From positions 1,988-65,987 of the forward strand of contig CAISTG010000036.1 of assembly GCA_903888345.1 (NCBI GenBank): a DNA stretch of 64,000 nucleotides. The letters run 5' to 3'. The DNA is from Candidatus Buchananbacteria bacterium (GTDB taxonomy: Bacteria; Patescibacteriota; Patescibacteriia; 2-01-FULL-39-33). The position numbers and the translations under genes were made by a program. Below the pieces are notes generated by a model. The model was not told the DNA's origin, did not search any database, and worked only from the letters and a program-made list of their open reading frames with translations. Shown here piece by piece: positions 61,359 through 64,000 of the stretch; the first letter of the stretch is position 1; every line of letters starts with the position of its first letter.

Positions 61359-62216
61359 ATGGGTCGACCAGAAACAGGAGGAAATTATTGGCATCAGCCA
61401 GCATTCGACGCTGAAAATCAGGAGACAGATAATATTTATCAGCGTTTGGAAGATAGTGAGGCGGAAAAGTTGATTAATGAAAGGCTGGGTCAAGAGAAAC
61501 TACAGGAAACTGCTGATGTTTATCATTTATTAGAAAGAGAAGCGGGGTTATTACCGGAATCGTTTGAAAAAACCGAAACCATGGTGGCGGACTTAGCGCG
61601 ATTATTGCTAGAATTAGAAAAAGATTTAGTTAGCTATGATACGATTATTAGTGATGATTCCAGTGGTCGTTTGCCGTCATTGCTCTTAAGGAAGTTGATT
61701 GATGGCAAAAGAAAGGCGGCTGGTTTACCGTTAGTTAAGACGTTTTTTATCGCTAGTGGGCGCCATGATTTTGAGTTACTCAAGGACAAGTTAGCGGAAT
61801 TTATTAAGCAGCATCAGCAGGATAGCAGTAAGTTTTTGCTTGTAACTGAACATATCGGCAGTGGCAAGAGTATTGAAGCGGTAGTGAAATTATTTGAGGA
61901 ATTAAATTTAGATTTTGATTTAGCCGCGATTTCGTTAGCTGACCGTCGCCAGATGTTAAAGGGTGCGGCTAAAAGTTATCCGAATCATTTACGATATGGG
62001 GGACTTAACGATAGTGGTTACTATTTTTATGGCCATCTCGGATCGGGTGTGGTAAAGGATACTTTTGCTCATAATTCTACTGTTAGTATTCATCCGCTCA
62101 AGATTATTAATCATCAAAAACCAGATGCTTTAGAGAGTCAAGAGTTAATTAATAAGGCTCGAAAAAATATCAATTTTTTAGCGGAGCAACTGCAGCCATT
62201 AGTGGAATCGAAATAA
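61359..62216 (+). CDS. Hypothetical protein, possible PRTase-like fold
   Basis: IISDDSSGRLP and LLVTEHIGSGKS, resembling a PRPP loop. Confidence 0.6.
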   Translation: MGRPETGGNYWHQPAFDAENQETDNIYQRLEDSEAEKLINERLGQEKLQETADVYHLLEREAGLLPESFEKTETMVADLARLLLELEKDLVSYDTIISDDSSGRLPSLLLRKLIDGKRKAAGLPLVKTFFIASGRHDFELLKDKLAEFIKQHQQDSSKFLLVTEHIGSGKSIEAVVKLFEELNLDFDLAAISLADRRQMLKGAAKSYPNHLRYGGLNDSGYYFYGHLGSGVVKDTFAHNSTVSIHPLKIINHQKPDALESQELINKARKNINFLAEQLQPLVESK

Positions 62217-62227
62217 TAATTAAAACT

Positions 62228-63094
62228 ATGATTGTTCACATTAAAAAAATTATTGCTCTAGCGAATAAAGGTGGTTTTGCTGTCGGCGCCTTTAATACTT
62301 CGAATCTCGAAGTTACCTTAGGTATTATCCGTGGTGCAGTAAAAAGAAAATCGCCAATAATTATTCAGATTTCTGAATCAACTATTAAATACGCCGGACT
62401 TAAAAATATTATTGAATTAATTAATCAGTTAGCTTCGACCGATGGCAAAAGCATTCCGATCGCTGTTCATTTAGATCATGGCAAGGATTTCGAGTTGGTT
62501 AAGGATTGCGTGCGAGCGGGTATTTCTTCGGTTCACATGGATGCTTCTGATTTTCCTTATGAAATAAACATCGCCAAAACGAAAAAGGCGGTCGCGTTTG
62601 CTCATAAATTCGGAGCTTACTGCCAGGCAGAGCTGGGGGCAATGATAGGCAAGGAGGGGATGACGAAGATTGTGGTTCCCAAAAATGCTGATGACTACAT
62701 GACTAATCCCGCCCAAGTTAAGGATTTTGTCCGACGAACTGGCGTTGATACTTTAGCGGTTTCGGTTGGAACATTGCACGGGCATTTCGAGGGCAAAGAA
62801 AAAATTGATTTACCGCGAGTAAGAAAAATTCAGCAACAAATACCTAACACTCCCTTGGTGTTGCATGGAGCCTCTGGATCGGTTGCCAGTGAAGTTAGGG
62901 CTTCGATTAAATCTGGTATTAGAATTATCAATATTGACACTGATCTGCGCATCGCCTTTACCAAAACTTTGCGCTCAACTATTAAGACTTTGCCGGCTAA
63001 TTTTTATGACCCGCGTAAAGTCTTGGGGCCGTCGATTGATGCCGTCAGCTCAATGGTTGAAGAAAAAATTAATATTTTTGGCAGCGGTAAGTAG
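62228..63094 (+). CDS. fba: Class II fructose-bisphosphate aldolase
   Basis: HLDHG, MDAS, EL, GTLHG, VLHGASG, INIDT. Confidence 0.95.
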   Translation: MIVHIKKIIALANKGGFAVGAFNTSNLEVTLGIIRGAVKRKSPIIIQISESTIKYAGLKNIIELINQLASTDGKSIPIAVHLDHGKDFELVKDCVRAGISSVHMDASDFPYEINIAKTKKAVAFAHKFGAYCQAELGAMIGKEGMTKIVVPKNADDYMTNPAQVKDFVRRTGVDTLAVSVGTLHGHFEGKEKIDLPRVRKIQQQIPNTPLVLHGASGSVASEVRASIKSGIRIINIDTDLRIAFTKTLRSTIKTLPANFYDPRKVLGPSIDAVSSMVEEKINIFGSGK

Positions 63095-63214
63095 ACTGTC
63101 GAAGGCATTGATTATTACGTTTAATCGTGCTATTATGGGAGTCTAATCGAAGCGTCAGCGTTGAGATCAAAAAGATCGTTTAATCCGGCGAGGCGGTTCA
63201 TAATATTTAAATTT

Positions 63215-64000
63215 ATGTTTTGGATTATATTAATTTCATTAATTTTGGTGGTCAGTTTGGCGGCTTTTTTGTATATTATTTTAAAACGTTTACCCGAACT
63301 TAAGGCACTGGATATTGACAGTATTCCGAAAGAAAAACAGGGCGAGGCAAAAATTAAAATTCTGGAAGCTAAATTTTTACGACAGCGACAAATGAATTCC
63401 GAAAGACTAAATAAAGTTTTAAATCCCGTTAGAAACAAAACAGTTTCTTGGCTCAATCAAGTTCAAGATCAAGTGAAGTTGATGGAAAAAAAGTATCAGC
63501 GAGAAATTCAGGTGGAAGAAGCCAGAACGAAGAGTATCAACGAACTATTTGCCGAAGCGCAAGCCTTTTTAGATAATCAAGATTATACTGCCGCCGAAAA
63601 AAATTTGATTGAAATTATCGCTCGAGACAAAAAGAATCTTAAGGCCTATGAAATGCTGGCCAGCTTGTATCGTCAGGCAAAAAATTACGAACAGGCCGAA
63701 GAAGTGATTAAATATTTAATTAAGCTGCGCTCGCTTAAATTCCGCAAAGATAAAAACATCGAAATTAAAAAGGAAAAAATCGAAGATGCGGAAGCGGAAA
63801 TGCTGGAAACCGTTGACGTTGATAATGAGCTTGCTCGCTATTATGATGATTTAGCCAAGGTGTACGAATTAGCTAATAAAAAAGAACGGGCGCTCGACTC
63901 CTATTTACGGGCTAACGCCATCGAGCCGAATAATCCGAAATATCTAGATAAGGTGATTGAATTGGCTATTGTGGCTGGGGATAAGGGCTTAGCCAAGAAA
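63215..64000 (+). CDS. Membrane-anchored TPR-like protein, truncated by the window end
   Basis: Hand translation MFWIILISLILVV...; open to the end; AYEMLASLY and EPNNPKY TPR-like helices; promoter TTGATT-17-TATTAT upstream. Confidence 0.8.
   Translation, partial: MFWIILISLILVVSLAAFLYIILKRLPELKALDIDSIPKEKQGEAKIKILEAKFLRQRQMNSERLNKVLNPVRNKTVSWLNQVQDQVKLMEKKYQREIQVEEARTKSINELFAEAQAFLDNQDYTAAEKNLIEIIARDKKNLKAYEMLASLYRQAKNYEQAEEVIKYLIKLRSLKFRKDKNIEIKKEKIEDAEAEMLETVDVDNELARYYDDLAKVYELANKKERALDSYLRANAIEPNNPKYLDKVIELAIVAGDKGLAKK

Noticed and set aside
63133-63456. 107-aa minus ORF
   Set aside because: Antisense to the edge-truncated TPR-like gene

Overview
The window looks like a Patescibacteria (CPR, Parcubacteria-like) chromosome segment in standard code 11. 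This is inferred from AT-rich intergenic DNA, mostly SD-less core genes, compact ProRS/AspRS and a large type IV pilus locus. Core content: clpC; a ~17 kb type IV pilus/adhesin cluster (fibre-like adhesin, pilMNO, pilB, response regulator, degenerate pilT, pilC, major and minor pilins, pilD); ligA; glycosyltransferases; DUF4012; two mreB paralogs; mreCD-mrdA; trpS, holB, frr, rseP, proS, greA, gyrB, aspS, scpAB, a D,D-peptidase, tpiA and fba. The main unexplained structure is about 10 self-contained orphan-gene cassettes between core genes, four of them stacked head-to-tail at 32.4-37.1 kb. Most have a near-consensus sigma70 promoter, a strong SD that often follows a shared CAACCA motif, and a GC-rich terminator, and no integrase or transposase is visible. 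Also present are a GTCAT...ATGAC palindromic repeat family (one copy translated in-frame inside a glycosyltransferase), a ~290-nt highly structured frr-rseP intergenic element, a 7-mer/49-mer nested tandem array and DnaA-like boxes at several promoters. No rRNA, intact tRNA or CRISPR was seen. All calls come from reading motifs by eye; no database searches were run.
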